A stretch of 64,000 nucleotides of DNA from Octopus vulgaris (lineage: Eukaryota): positions 66,278,001-66,342,000 of the forward strand of contig OX597818.1 of NCBI GenBank assembly GCA_951406725.2, given 5' to 3'. Shown in pieces: positions 25,021 to 38,789 of the stretch (the first letter of the stretch is position 1; every line of letters starts with the position of its first letter). The translations under genes and the position numbers were made by a program. The notes beneath the pieces are model-generated. The model ran no database searches, was not told where the DNA came from, and saw nothing but the letters and a program-made list of their open reading frames with translations.

Positions 25021-27859
25021 TGATGATAATTGGAATGTAAAAATCCCTGGGAAATGTTTGCAACATTACTAAAAATATTCCAGCAATTAATGCTTTGACC
25101 AGGGTCAAAATACAGGTCTCCTGCCATGTTCAACAAACCGTGTTGCTTCAATCACACACCAATCGATTTAAGTAATTTACTAAATTCACACACTGACTGG
25201 TCACAATACAATTTGCACGAATTAATATTTTGGAGTCTCTATAAATGCATATGTTATGTCGCACGTTAGGATGCCTCTACTACTCAACTCTTCTCTACTG
25301 CTACTATCTTCTTGTTCACCACTGCTACTCTACTCCCACTATATCTACGTATTAGGCTAGCCTACTTCATCGTCTGGGGGCGTCCACACAACAGTATATA
25401 TGGCACACAGTTTAGCCAATACCCCACAGTTGTAAATTGTAAAACATAACTGTCCCCACTACTGCATTAATATGAATATTGCATAGTTTAAAGCATGAAA
25501 CTACTAGTTCAAACGGAATGGACAATTAATATTCTATCTTATCATTATGTTATATTTTATTATATAATTATAATATAGTAAATGAAACGTCAAAATCAAA
25601 ATTTGAATTTCTTTCAGTAATATATTCTTCTATACACAATCATATACACCCGTGTACACCTATGTGTATATATATATATATATACGCGCACACATACACA
25701 GGCAAGTGTCTGTGTAGCTACTTTATCCAAATATACGCATGCTCACACCCAGACGTGGAAATATACAAATGCACACATGTGCACACACATAAAATGATGA
25801 AACAGTAGAAATTGAAACCTCGACCTTTTGTTTACTTGTAAATCTTCTCTGGAACTATACGGTGACTGCCACATGGTACTTATTACAGTTAAAATATCAA
25901 TCTAAATCAGAAATAAAATCTCTTCTTGAATCTGCAATAAGGAATTATTTCTTCAGATATGTCATTTATTTTTACTTATTTGATATACATCTGCGTTTAT
26001 ATATAATTTTATGCGCTGTAAGTCTATATAAGTTAGAATTTAGCACTTGTAAATTGCTTATCTTGCATAAACGATATTATTGCGAATCTAATATTGTGTG
26101 ACAGAGAATGTAGTATCACAAAAGTACGAGCTGTTGATCAATTGAAACAATGTTAGTGATGATACACGCCTTATCAAATGATTATCAGATAGTGTCAAAT
26201 TGATGACAGTTGCTATGGTGATAATATTCTATTGCATATTTCGCTATGATATATGAGTAAACCAACTCATTCAACTGGCTGTAAACGCAGTAAATGCTTA
26301 TTATCTTTGGTATAATGTAGGCAGCTTTGAGAAAATGTGCCTCATTAATCATCTTGCAACGTCAAAGATTTAGAATTCGTAAAGGGCAAGTACTGTTCTT
26401 ACCTCGTGTGCAAAAATATTTTGGCTTTATAAATATATATGACAATTCAACGCCCTAGATTCCGAAGCTATGATCATTATCTTTAATTGCGAACACAGAT
26501 TTATAAGGCTTTGCTGATATTACTCTGTGTTCATGTGTTGCCTATACCAATTAATTATTTATTTGATAAATTGTAATATGATATTCCTGAAGACAGTTAA
26601 AATTTCACGAGTTTATTATTGGTGTGTATATTGTAATTTAAAACGTATTATTAAACTTCACTCATCTGGCTCTATTTAGCCTCTGTTCACGATGAAACAA
26701 AGTCTATACAAATATATTTTAACCCTGCTGGGTATCAATTCACGTTTGACATGCTGTTTTCTTTATATGAATTTCTTGTCCTGTTTTAGAGATGTTTGTG
26801 TTAATATAGATGAGCAACTCTGCAATAAAATGCTGACATCCGCGAATGAACGGATTATGATTCCAAATCATTCAAAGATGAAGTTGGGCAGTTGAAATTA
26901 AACAAATAACAAATTAGTGTCATTTCTCGAACTTAGATATTTCGAAATTTGTACCAGCAACGTTTACGTATAACATCTACAGGATCCTTAATCTTTTGCC
27001 ATGCTGTGTAAAACAGGATACGACGTTCCTTAGGCCTTATTTGATTTTCCTGAAGATCGGGCAAATAAAATAAAGCAATAAATGATATTCCTGTTCACTT
27101 CACTATACAAATTAATCGTTGAAAACGATTTCAGTATTTTTATAATTTTATTTTATAAAAGATGAAATAATGTTTAAAAAATAAATAATTCATGTGTTTG
27201 AAATATTTTTGTTTAATATTTAACTTCTCGTTTATTGATGTTCCACTATGTGTATTAATTTACAAATTGTGTGCAGATTATGTCAGAAAAGATGGCGATG
27301 ACGTGGAAGATGAACATATTCTTTGATCTGCTGAAATATTTAAGAGAACGACTCAATCGGTTTTCTATTTGGAAATGATTTCCGAATCTTCCAAGAGTGT
27401 GCAACAAATAAATTTCATAAAATAAAGAAAGTAAAACTTTGCAGCTTTTAATTTATAAAACAAAATATAGTAATTACAATTAATCAAAATTTAATGATTC
27501 TTTTATCAATAACGGTTTGACCGCTTTACAACATAACCTTGCAGTGAAAATCTTTCCATTGAAAACTTTCATGAAAATTAAAAACAATTGTAGTCTCTGT
27601 CACTCTGTTGGCAAACTTGAGATAATATAGAAAGGAAACAAAAAAAGAAAAAAAGAAAGACAGAAGACAAACACGAATGCAAGTTGCAGCAGTTTCAGAG
27701 AGGAATTGATTTCGAGTTCAGAAGAAGTCTAGAATCCCAAACTAAGATGTCGATGATGTAATTTCTAATTCTATGAAGATTTAAACTAATAGAACAATTT
27801 AATGATATGTGGTGCGCCAGATACAAGAAACGCTAAATACAAGATAAGGTAAAACAATA

Positions 27860-27980
<121 letters not shown>

Positions 27981-28448
27981 CAGAAATCGAGAGATTCTGT
28001 ATCATTAAAATGATATAAAGCAACACTGTTGTGCTACGAAAAGTTGGCAGTCCGTGTTTTCCGTATTACATTTCTTAGGTTTTTCATTTTTATTACCAAT
28101 TTTATGAGCATTAGTTGCGAAACAATGTCTTTTAAGTTGGAATTCTTAATGGAATTCATGTTAATATCCATAGGAGACGATGTGTATTATTCCGATGTTT
28201 ATGAACATGTTTACGAACATATCGAATGCTGTCCTCATTTCTCATGCGTAACACCTGCTTAAATTTTCGAACCTTACTAATTCCATACACTTGGACCATT
28301 TGTTTGTACCTATCTATTACTCTTAATACGTCTATTACTCATAAGACTCACCTGTCGAAGACGACGTGTAATTGTTTTACTTCTGCCGAAAGAGTTGCAC
28401 AACTGATATGTTTATTGTGACGAAATGTTTGTACTATACACTCCTTAG

Positions 28449-28631
28449 TTCAAATTCCATCATAGTTGATATTGTTGATACAATTTTACCAGTTCAAGTT
28501 AAGAAAGAAATGTTTGAGTCAACTCCAGCTACATCCCTTCGGGAATTAACGCCGATGAGAGTAGTGCGGAAAAGTGCCAACGGCAAAGCAATTCATTTGA
28601 AAAGCATAAATGACTTGTTATGGGTCGACAG
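28449..28631 (+). CDS. Candidate host exon (183 nt, symmetric phase 2), WD40-like end
   Basis: cactccttag acceptor, CAG|gtatgc donor; SNSIIVDIVDTILPVQVKKEMFESTPATSLRELTPMRVVRKSANGKAIHLKSINDLLWVDR; antisense frames are closed. Confidence 0.45.
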
Positions 28632-28828
28632 GTATGCTTGGATATCTGCGGCTTCTAAATAAACACAAAACGTTGTTCAGGTCTTAGACTTGGGGCAGAT
28701 AATATCCATGCACACGCACAAACACATGAATAGGACCCACCTGAGTGATATTCAAGACAGAGACTCACAAAAAACCTATACATATGTGAGCATGCATGTT
28801 TGTCAGAATGTATAAATATATATATATA

Positions 28829-29178
28829 TATTAATAGTTATAGCCAAGCTAACTTGGAGGTCCAGAGAAATAAGATGACTGCTGCCGTTGATTAGCTCCA
28901 AGAGGACATCGCCTCTAGCTAGCTATGTGACACAAAAACCTGTGTCCATTATAACATTCGAACAGGGGAGGTCAGCAGCTTCGCCTTTCTGGTCTGGCAT
29001 GCACAGACTAGTTTGGAGGTGTTTGCCAGGTATCAATGTGGAGTAGCCGACCCCGGCAGGCGCCGCCGCTGACTGCTGCCCTATTTTTCTGGATTCCCAT
29101 ATTAGCTTGGCGATAACTATTAATATCCAGTACCGCTGCCGTAGTCTCCTTTAAAGAGAATTAGAAATAATGATATTT

Positions 29179-29182
<4 letters not shown>
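28829..29182 (-). mobile_element. Diverged relative of the 17.8-kb retrozyme-like unit, with a decayed hammerhead and an inverted end
   Basis: Shares tagctat..gacac, tccatta..ttcgaaca.gggaggtcagc.gcttc, tcaatgt and gacccc.gcagg with 17.9-18.1 kb; attaatagttatagccaagctaa (28830) is inverted at ~29102-29124. Confidence 0.75.
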
Positions 29183-29214
<32 letters not shown>

Positions 29215-29402
29215 TAGGTATGGTAGATAAGTTCAGTAAAAATTCAAACTCAGATGAATTTGGTACTTAGGTTGAAGGCACCACCATTTAGTGACGTTTA
29301 TGGTGAAGCATTTTCTTTGACTCTCTCTTTATCCTCTTGGTGATTTTGGATAATATTTATACCAATGAGTCTTTTGAATTTAATTAAATTCTATATTTTT
29401 TT

Positions 29403-29491
29403 ATGCAGCTGAAGATTGCTCTACATTTTAAATTGATGGAATGTTTGCATTGTTCAATTAAATGGTGTCACATGAAACGATCGTATTGCAT
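29403..29491 (+). ncRNA. Hammerhead ribozyme (PLE-type, long stem II, partly decayed)
   Basis: ATGCAG CTGAAGA [AT-rich hairpin] GAAAC GATC GTA TTGCAT; palindromic ACGATCGT stem III; base of stem II poorly paired. Confidence 0.65.
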
Positions 29492-29699
29492 TTCGTACTG
29501 CATCTCTGGATATCCTTGTTGTTAATTTTGATTGTATATATATAGATAGACAGGTAGAGTGAGAAGATAAAAGACGGAGCAATAATTAACAGTGAGAAGT
29601 GGATCATTGCTGTTTACATGTCATTATTTAATTGAATTTGGGACATTTACAGCTGTTTCTGTTCATCAAATTTACATTTATATCATTACGTCAAATAAA

Positions 29700-30140
29700 C
29701 AACTTCAGAATTATTAGAGGCAAAAGAAAGGCAAAGAAAGAAAAGGAAAAGAAAAAGAAAAGAGTTCGTTAAGAGATCTATAGTGAAAAATTTATCCGTG
29801 CATGGCAGAAAGCAGAAAGGACCTTCATGGACGGTTAGCAACATGGCTGCGCACAAAAACATGAGTCCAAGAAATAAAGCTTCCTCCAAGGCAATGCTAG
29901 CAATGCAATTGTCAAGTAGGTGAAGGGTTTTAACCAGGAGCGATAGATTGAAATTTGGTAAAATTAAAAATCAATTATAAAAAAAAAAATGAAAAATGGG
30001 AGGAATTCAGTAAATAGTGTTGCTAGGTTCCGCACACATTTTACACCGTGTACTCTCCATGAGATGAGGACCTGCTGTGACCCTGGAATCAAGGGATGGA
30101 CCGGTTCAGCAGAAGACAACGGACCATAATTTGTTTAAAA
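29700..30140 (+). mobile_element. Decayed R4/Dong-like 3' end followed by (TAA)n and (GAA)n
   Basis: IQ*IVLLGSAHILHRVLSMR* (~30005-30067) matches the C-terminal VQKIVLMGTAHILRKILSM*; short 3' UTR then (TAA)n. Confidence 0.75.
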
Positions 30141-30179
30141 AATAATAATAATAATAATATTAATAACAACAACAACAAT

Positions 30180-30247
<68 letters not shown>

Positions 30248-30311
30248 GAAGAAGAAGAAGAAGAAGAAGAAGAAGAAGAAGAAGAAGAAGAAGAAGAAGA
30301 AGAAGAAGAAG

Positions 30312-30343
<32 letters not shown>

Positions 30344-30367
30344 GAAGAAGAAGAAGAAGAAGAAGAA
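30141..30367. repeat. Compound (TAA)n-(GAA)n microsatellite
   Basis: Seen directly. Confidence 0.95.
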
Positions 30368-31079
30368 ATTTGATGGTGGCGCGGGCCAGTCAATTACATC
30401 AAACCATGTTTTCAACCTGTACTTTATGGAAATTTGAAAGTTGAATGTCAAAGTTAGTCTCATTGGCATTAAGGGCTTCATCGCTATTTATCAAAGTCAG
30501 TCTCACTGAAAGTAAGAAGGTGAAAACGGACGAAATATCGCTAAACATTTGTCGCCTGCCGCTAATGATTCTGTCAACACACTGCCGTAATGATATAATG
30601 TAATTTAGCAATAAGTTAACATAATAAACTATAGAAGTGCATGTGTGTGTGTGCATGTGTATTTGCATCCATATACAACCGAATGCGCACAAAATGAAGA
30701 TGAATGAAGGCGAACAACAGGTGTGAAGTATAATGCCTCTCTTCTGATGACGTACTAGAAATACAAAAGCATTTCTAGGTATTTCTAGTTATCTCTGAAA
30801 CACCACATCACTTTGTTTACACTTTTGTAATATTTATGTCTGGAGTTATTTTAGCAACAGAGCATACAGTAGTGACACCTGGTGACTTCTATTTCTTTTG
30901 AAAATCATCAGATCTTTGTTTCGTAGCGTGGGAGGATGATTGCTTCAATATGAAATATATGACTGTCTCCATTCTGATTCTTATATACAATACTCGTCAA
31001 ATATTTATCTTGTTAAGCAATGTACATCATTCATTAAGCAATTATTCGATTGCTCGTATAGTTAATTGGTTAATTGAGT

Positions 31080-31133
31080 AATAATAATAATAATAATAAT
31101 AAAAATAATAACAATAATAATAACAATAATAAC

Positions 31134-31201
<68 letters not shown>

Positions 31202-31265
31202 TAATAACAATAATAATAATAATAACAATAATAATAATAATAATAATAATAACAACAATAATAAC

Positions 31266-31306
<41 letters not shown>

Positions 31307-31364
31307 TAATAATAATAATAATAATAACAATAATAATAATAATAATAATAATAACAATAATAAC

Positions 31365-31440
<76 letters not shown>

Positions 31441-31441
31441 T
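31080..31441. repeat. Long (AAT/AAC)n microsatellite
   Basis: Seen directly; source of the poly-N/L/Y ORFs. Confidence 0.95.
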
Positions 31442-32151
31442 ACTAATATGATAGTGTGTGTGTGTGATTTCTTTGGTCCAATATGCCCCTTTAAGATAAA
31501 ACAATGAATGTTGTAAGAAGAGACTTCAAAGTAAAGATCTTCGCAAAACTTACATTTCTTTTGTTGTCTTCTGTATATTCCTGCTGTTCTCATATACTAA
31601 TGTTATTGTCTCGATTTACGTTGTTTTTTTTTAACAAGATCCTTCGACAATTTCAAGGAAGTCCCGATAACCTTATCAAAATACACTTCTCTATCTTATT
31701 TACATCTTCATAAACACGTTAACAGCTTCAATCAGTTTTCTTACAACTTCTGACTTTCTTCATATTCAGTATAACTTCATGAAATAATTTGATACTCTGG
31801 AGGGATTGGATTTGTTGGATTTCCACGGCATAGGACTTCAGCTTCAAAGGATTACAGCTTCATAGGACTCTACATTACACACCAACGTATTGGTTTTACT
31901 CTGCAGTATGTAACCAGATCTGCTAACGGAGATTGATCGTCATTACTGCTGGATTATACAAATCCATATCAAGCAGATTATATAAATACATATGCGTGTG
32001 TGCGTTGGCGGGTATGTGCATATGTGCGTATGTGTGTATATGTATATGTATTTGAATGTCATTATTCAATCGTAACCTGGATCTAAGGCTCTATCATTGG
32101 AATTTCAACAACATCAACAGGTTGTTGCGCATATGATTCTGTGTGTGAATA

Positions 32152-32317
32152 TATACGACGGGCTTCTTTCAGTTTCCGTCTTCCAAATTCACTCACAAGG
32201 CTTTGGTCGGTCCGAAGCTATAGCAGAAGGCACTTGACCAAGGTACCTCACAGAGGGACTGAACTTGGAACCATGTGGTTAATAAGTAAGTTACTTACCA
32301 CACATCCACTCTTAGGC

Positions 32318-32320
<3 letters not shown>
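32152..32320 (-). mobile_element. SINE family A, 5' part
   Basis: cgacgggcttctttcagtttccgtc...cacaaggctttggtcgg...cttaccacaca. Confidence 0.8.
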
Positions 32321-32384
<64 letters not shown>

Positions 32385-33275
32385 GATGCTAAACTTCTGC
32401 AAATACTTACGAATATTTACTATTCCCTCCATACTTGGGTGTACCGTGTACAGTTTTCTCCTTTCTGCTCTTGAGAAGCCTAATTTCTGAAGATTGGTAC
32501 TTAGGAAGCACGTAATTTGTTCCAACGCCTCAATAATTACAGATATAACCCTGAACTTTTAATCTGCGTAGGGTAACTGTAGGTGTTTCAGTAGCGCATC
32601 CTCGGTATTTTCTTTTACAATAGTATTTACACTTATAAGTTGCAGCTGATTTTCACAACTGTACACATAACCTCTTCTCTGTTCCAAATAACTATGCCAG
32701 GTCTAGTATGCTTACATTTATTCAGGCCTTATCTAGTATATTCCATAATTACTCCTTCTCATCGTGAGTGGTTATGGGGTCCAGCTTGTTTTTAGTTCGT
32801 ATTTCATTTAGGTGATTTTCCTGTGTCCCTGTCCCTTTTGTGCAGCAGATATTTGGTTGATATTTCCTGTCCCTAGATCGCAAATGCTTATCCTTCAAAC
32901 TGGTAGTTAGTAATCCGGTTATTGACCATTGATAGACTATTTTGATTATCAATGTTACTATCATTCTGTTATCATATGCAGGCATTTTCTTTTGCAGATA
33001 TACTCTCATCCTTTCAGCTTATGATACGATGTGGTAGATACATATAACATATTGGGGCATATATTCAGGATATCAGACAAGTGATATGGCTATTCATTCC
33101 CAGAATATTATTTGCCTCGTGTATGCAAACTCGGTCGATACATTCCGTTTGACATTTAATGGTTAAACGATATCGAAGGGAATAATATGAAAATAATATG
33201 AATTTGAAAGCAAACTGGGACGATCATAAGTCCTTGCTTCCTTGTTGGCGTTTTAGGTAGATTCGGTAAACATAC

Positions 33276-33390
33276 CCATTGATGTGAAATTCCGAGTTTT
33301 CACATCAGTGGCTTGGATCACTTCAATCGTCTTGTCCAGTAGTCCATATGTGTTGTACGAGTACTGGTGTTGCAAACACATTGTGGGCCA
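33276..33390 (-). CDS. Candidate host exon
   Basis: ctctctgctttcaatgaaacag acceptor, TGG|gtatgt donor; WPTMCLQHQYSYNTYGLLDKTIEVIQATDVKTRNFTSM(G); a plus-strand frame is also open here. Confidence 0.35.
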
Positions 33391-34168
33391 CTGTTTCATT
33401 GAAAGCAGAGAGTTCCGAAGTCCATGTTTTATTTATCTCGTTGTAATATTCTTTACTGACATGTGTCTTGTATGTTTGTATGCGTGCTCGTATGTATGTA
33501 TGTATGAATACCTATACATCTATGTTTAGAGCAGTATTAAAATATCTGAAATTAAAAGACCAAATAATAACATGTAATATAGCTGTAAAGGTAAATATAT
33601 TACTTAAGTTGAAGCTGTGTCAATACCTCCTTCATGAAATAGACTTATCAGTGCAAAACACCGTCAGTGAAAAATCCATTTGGTTGTTGATTGGTTCCCT
33701 TCATTTTGTGAATTAATATGATAGAATCACGAAGCGTTAAAGATACAGCTCGTAAACTATTTTCAGTAAGGGAATTGTTGAAATAAATGTTGTTATTCTT
33801 GGCAATAAGAGAAGTTAATGATACACAGTTATATGTTATTACCATTTCCTACTATATGTGATATTGCTTAGTGACAGCAGTGACATAGATATTAGGAGCT
33901 GAAATTGACGTGAAATAAATACAAAACATATCGGTGAATGGTAGCATAGAAGAACGGAAGAACTATTTGAAGAATTTGAAAAACTGTCTAGACAGCTTTC
34001 CCGTAGATTTGAAAAGACTATTAAATACATGCATTTCACTATATAACAAAGAAAGTATGAATAAACATTGCCATAGTCTGAACATAAAGACGGATTAATT
34101 TGAAGACGAAGAATATAGATATATTGTGTAAGATAATAAATAAAATATCAGTGATAATGCGTGTATAC

Positions 34169-34227
<59 letters not shown>

Positions 34228-34552
34228 TGTGTGTGTGTGTGTGTTTGTGTGTGCATGTATGTATGTATTATGTAATATCATTGTATTCTAATGAAGAAGA
34301 ATTGGAAAAGACAATAAAACACAATGCATGATAAGATTAGCCGGCAGTTTTTAAAAGTTTAATTAAAAAAGAATGGAGAGATTTTGAAGAAGTATTTTAA
34401 AATAAGAACACAAAACAAGAAAATAAGGGGGAAAATGAGCATGCATTATGAACGGCAGAAAAGTTCTTCTGGATACATGTTGAATGCCTGAATATATACG
34501 CATTCATCTTTCATATTTTTCTATGTATCTATCGATCTATCTATTTATCTCT

Positions 34553-34601
<49 letters not shown>

Positions 34602-34654
34602 AGAGTATGTGGGGGAGTGTATATGTGTGTGATATATAGTATATATATACGTTA

Positions 34655-34843
34655 TGGGCGAAATGTATATATTTCGTCTGTCGTCACGCTCGAGTTCAAA
34701 TTCCGCCGAGGTCGACTTTGCCTTTCATCCTTTCGGGGTCGATAAATTAAGTACCAGTTACACACTGGGGTCGATATAATCGACTTAATCCGTTTGTCTG
34801 TCCTTGTTTGTCCCGTCTGTGTTTAGCCCCTTGTGGGTAGTAA

Positions 34844-34848
<5 letters not shown>
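34655..34848 (+). mobile_element. SINE family B
   Basis: gagttcaaattccgccgaggtcgactttgcctttcatcctttcggggtcgataaattaagtaccag. Confidence 0.85.
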
Positions 34849-34899
<51 letters not shown>

Positions 34900-34915
<16 letters not shown>

Positions 34916-35241
34916 AGTAACATATGGTATAATTATAAACGGCAAATTAAACCCATTTCTCCGCCGACTGTAAAAATGACGAACAACCTTAATCTATTTT
35001 CGAAACTCATTGGGTTCTCGCTGGTATGTATGTACCTATATATGCATTATGTGCGTGTATCCACGTGTGTATACACGAGAATGAGAACAACCTTTAATAT
35101 TCCTCGGGAAGAGAGTTTTAAATTCATTAAATTTTTTGTGCTGTGGAGCACGCGTCGACTGTGCACTAAATAAACCCGGCTGAAGATAATTTTAGAATAT
35201 ACTAGCATTATGACCCGGCGTTGCCGAGTCATAGTGCTAGT
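34900..35241 (+). mobile_element. Non-autonomous Helitron-like element with a palindromic 3' end
   Basis: Ends in the GC-rich hairpin gacccggcgttgccgagtc, a short spacer and CTAG|T; same motif at 59381 and 61460; 5' boundary uncertain. Confidence 0.55.
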
Positions 35242-36704
35242 ATGGGATAAATTTGTTAAATTAAAACTTTGGAGTAATAAAACATACAATGACATTAAAA
35301 AGATGAATTAAAATTCCAGAGAAAAATACATAGAAGATAAATATACAAATTTACAAAAATATATAAAAGTTCATCTACGGAGATGCACCAATTAATATGA
35401 AACATATATTTAAAATTGACATACCCCTCGTCAGGATGTTTTTTACACACAACACATCGTTTCTTTATTACCTATAAAGGGCTAGACAGAGTGGACAATA
35501 CAAACATTGGGGACATATATATGAGCTAGCATAATCATTATTGCACTGGAAAAAAAAAAATTCTTCGCGGGGACGTCTTTGCCTTTCATCTCTTCGGGAC
35601 CGATGTATTTCAGTCGATATAATCGATTTGCCACATTCCCGAAAATATGAAACCAACATTTCTAACCAAAATTTCTTTTGGTACATATTTCGTCATACAA
35701 GCTGAAAGTTTAAATCAATTTGAAAGACTAACAACACACGAAATATATAAAATAAAAACTTTAAAATTACATTAAAAGTAATAAAATTAACAATAATATT
35801 AAGTATTTTACAAATATTGGCAATCTTTTAATTAGTTCTGAAATAATAAAAATACATATCAGAGAAATAATTTCGTGTTGATCAACAAACTTAGCCAGCG
35901 GATTTACAATCGTAGTTCGAAGAAGCCAGAAAATGTGGTGTTAAAATAGCCTGTTTGCCTCAACGCAAAAGCGTTATGGCATCTTACTCGCGGTCTATGC
36001 TAGTCCTATTTCCAAAGACATTTCTGTCTGTAAATCTGCTTCTACCCGTTACTCGGCTGAAAGGTACGGATTCTTTATGACATGTGTCTTACCAGACAGT
36101 GAGAGTACAAAAGTATTAATTATAAGGCACTTACATGAGGAAGTTTCGGGAATAAAAACGCACTTATGCGCGCGCGCTCATAGACACACGCACGCACACA
36201 CACACACATACATAATTGTACGTATGTTTGTATGTATGTATGTATGTATGTATGTATGTATGTGTGCGTACGTGCGTGTGTATGTGCTTCTGTGTGTATG
36301 TGTTAACATACCTATTTTAAAAGTGATTGTGATAATTGAACGACGAATTATTTTTTAGGTGTATTAATTTATACCATTCCTTGAGCGTCCATATTTGACC
36401 TTCCAAGGGGAGACTCCATCGGTTTTCTCGTGAAAATGTTATTCACAGGAGATTGAAAATGATTTCAAATGAATCCAGTGATTCTGCGAGGAATATACTT
36501 GGCATTTCTGAGCTGTAACAAAAGATCAGGCATTCAGTTGGATTCTGTGTGAGTTTGAATAGAATAGAATGGTCGGGGTTTGTGGTTCAAATACCATACG
36601 AAGAATATTTGAAAGCGTTTGTATATGACACATAGGAAGCGTTTCGTTCCATTGTTTTCCACCACTTCCATAAAACCTCTTAATAGCATTACCTGTATGA
36701 GGAA

Positions 36705-36880
36705 ATTGCGGCAAGATGTCAGGAAAAACGTTTAGTGGTATATCGTTCTGAGGTCAATTTCTTTCTAATTCGACTTCGCCTTTGATCCTTACGGTATCGA
36801 TAAAATATATGCCAGCTGCGCACTGTGATCGACTTGCACCCTCACCTCTAAATTGCTGGCTTTGAGCCATAATTTGAAAC
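36705..36880 (+). mobile_element. Degenerate SINE family B
   Basis: gttctgaggtcaatt...cgacttcgcctttgatccttacggtatcgataaaat. Confidence 0.6.
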
Positions 36881-38205
36881 TGATATTTGTAACATGGTGT
36901 TCAAATCAGTATTTTACTACTTGTAAGCATTAATCAAATGCCTTAATGAAGTGAAAAAATATGGTGAGAAATTACACCTCTCTGCTTACTGGATGGAATT
37001 GTACTTTTTCAACGAAATATTGGACTTTATTTAATCTGCTTCATATGCGAAAGCATCTTCGGCACTTACTGAAAGAGTAATATAACAAAATGGGGAATCA
37101 GTCTATCAAACACAATGGAGATGAAAATTCACTATAAAACTCTCAGGATAGAAATGTTTCGAGAACCACAGCATGAGTCTTTATCTCATTTACTGAGAAG
37201 AATTAATTTAGAGTCCCATTTCTGCAATCACGAAGAAAGATATCTTAGTCCAATAAAACAAGGCAATGCAAACTACAGACATTATTTTCACGGTGGTTGA
37301 AGAACTTCTGCCTGAATGACATCAGGTTGATGAGATTTTAAAGTTTTGGATTTGGACAGAATGAATTTGCGTAATTGACATTTGATGAGATTTCAAGAAT
37401 GCTATTGGAATATGCTGGATAAATTCTACGAAATGGCCAACAATGAAAGCTAAGTAATTTAGCAGATTACTAAAACACATTTGCACGAGAAGAGAGCTCT
37501 TGAATAATTGTTTCATAAAGATTGTGAATGCTGTCTCATAAAATGAGAGACGCTAGAAGTATACATTTTATGTGTGATTACGCATTGTTTTAATATCAAT
37601 TTTGTTATTTGTTATAGAATAAACGATGGCACACTAGGTCTTTAATTTTCTTCTTTTCCGCTTATTTCCTCAATCCTTTGTATTGGGATAATAATATACC
37701 ATCCTGACAAAATTATTTCAGTAGAAGGTTTTAAATGCTAAATCAGTTTTGTACAATCTTAGTATTTTCACATGAGTCGTACTGGATGCTGCATGAACAG
37801 ATTTCCTTTTGAAATTTCGCAGGTTTTACTCGATTTTCGAATCTTACTGGATTCCCGTGAGAAGTCTAAATATCAGTTTGACCGGACTCATGCGCACACA
37901 TACACACACATCATATGTAGAAGATTCATTTACAATCTAATCCAGAGTATCATTAATTGAATGTATTCTGTTCGAATATTATACACTGAATTTATAATGA
38001 GTGCTCTTTGTATAAAATATCAAACATATTAATACTATAAAGTATTTAGACATTAATACGAGCAATTATCTATATTGTATTTTGAAATAATAGCTTGAAA
38101 TTCAATATCAAACAAAATTTCTCACGAAGCTGTCTAAAATAGTATCGTAGTAAAAATATATATAAATATATGAAACATGGCTGCTTAAAACTTTGTTATT
38201 TAATG

Positions 38206-38297
38206 CATCTTACGATCGTTTCACGAAAGTATTGTCATTATAATGGAATCCATTGTGGATACACATTGATACAAAATACTTCCGCTCGTCAGAGATG
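38206..38297 (-). ncRNA. Canonical type I hammerhead ribozyme with long stem II
   Basis: CATCT CTGACGA GCGGAAGTATT...AATACTTTCGT GAAAC GATC GTA AGATG: 5-bp stem I, 11-bp basal stem II, palindromic stem III, GUA triplet. Confidence 0.85.
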
Positions 38298-38789
38298 AAG
38301 AAGATAAAATGTTTAAAAAGTATCGAATGTTGTTTTAAAATTAGAAAAATAAATGAGAAAGTAATTTTGACAATAGACTAACATTTCCTGAACTCGATTT
38401 CTGCAGGTCGGCTTTGGTAATAACATTTAAAATTTGTATATATATACTTGATATTGAATTTCATGTTATTATTTCAAAATACATTGTATTTAATATAGAG
38501 TAAACAGAGAACTTGGCTTTGATTTAATTGCAACACGCAACGTTCAGTTATTACTTATCCACAACCAGAAGGACTTTTCTAGCAATTATATATTTTAAAA
38601 ACTGACCTACAGAAGGGAAAGGGTTCACAAAATATTTTCTCTCTCCGAACATTTCCTTTTCCGATTTCTTTCATTTCAACTTTTCTGGGAAGAAGGATTT
38701 TATCAGGAACTTTGTATTTCCAATCCTTACTTCGTGCTCAATGCGATATTCACCATTTAGGTTCTTTATATATATATATATATATATAC

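Noticed and set aside
29641-29675. Minimal hammerhead TTGATGA-ACA-GAAACAGCTGTA (minus)
   Set aside because: No stem II and no stem I pairing.
31042-31593. Poly-Y/L/N ORFs
   Set aside because: (AAT)n microsatellite.
35472-35545. Minus-strand exon CNNDYASSYICPQCLYCPLCLALYR
   Set aside because: Splice sites are present, but the pyrimidine tract comes from the edge of a SINE fragment and the phase does not join the next candidate; unsupported.
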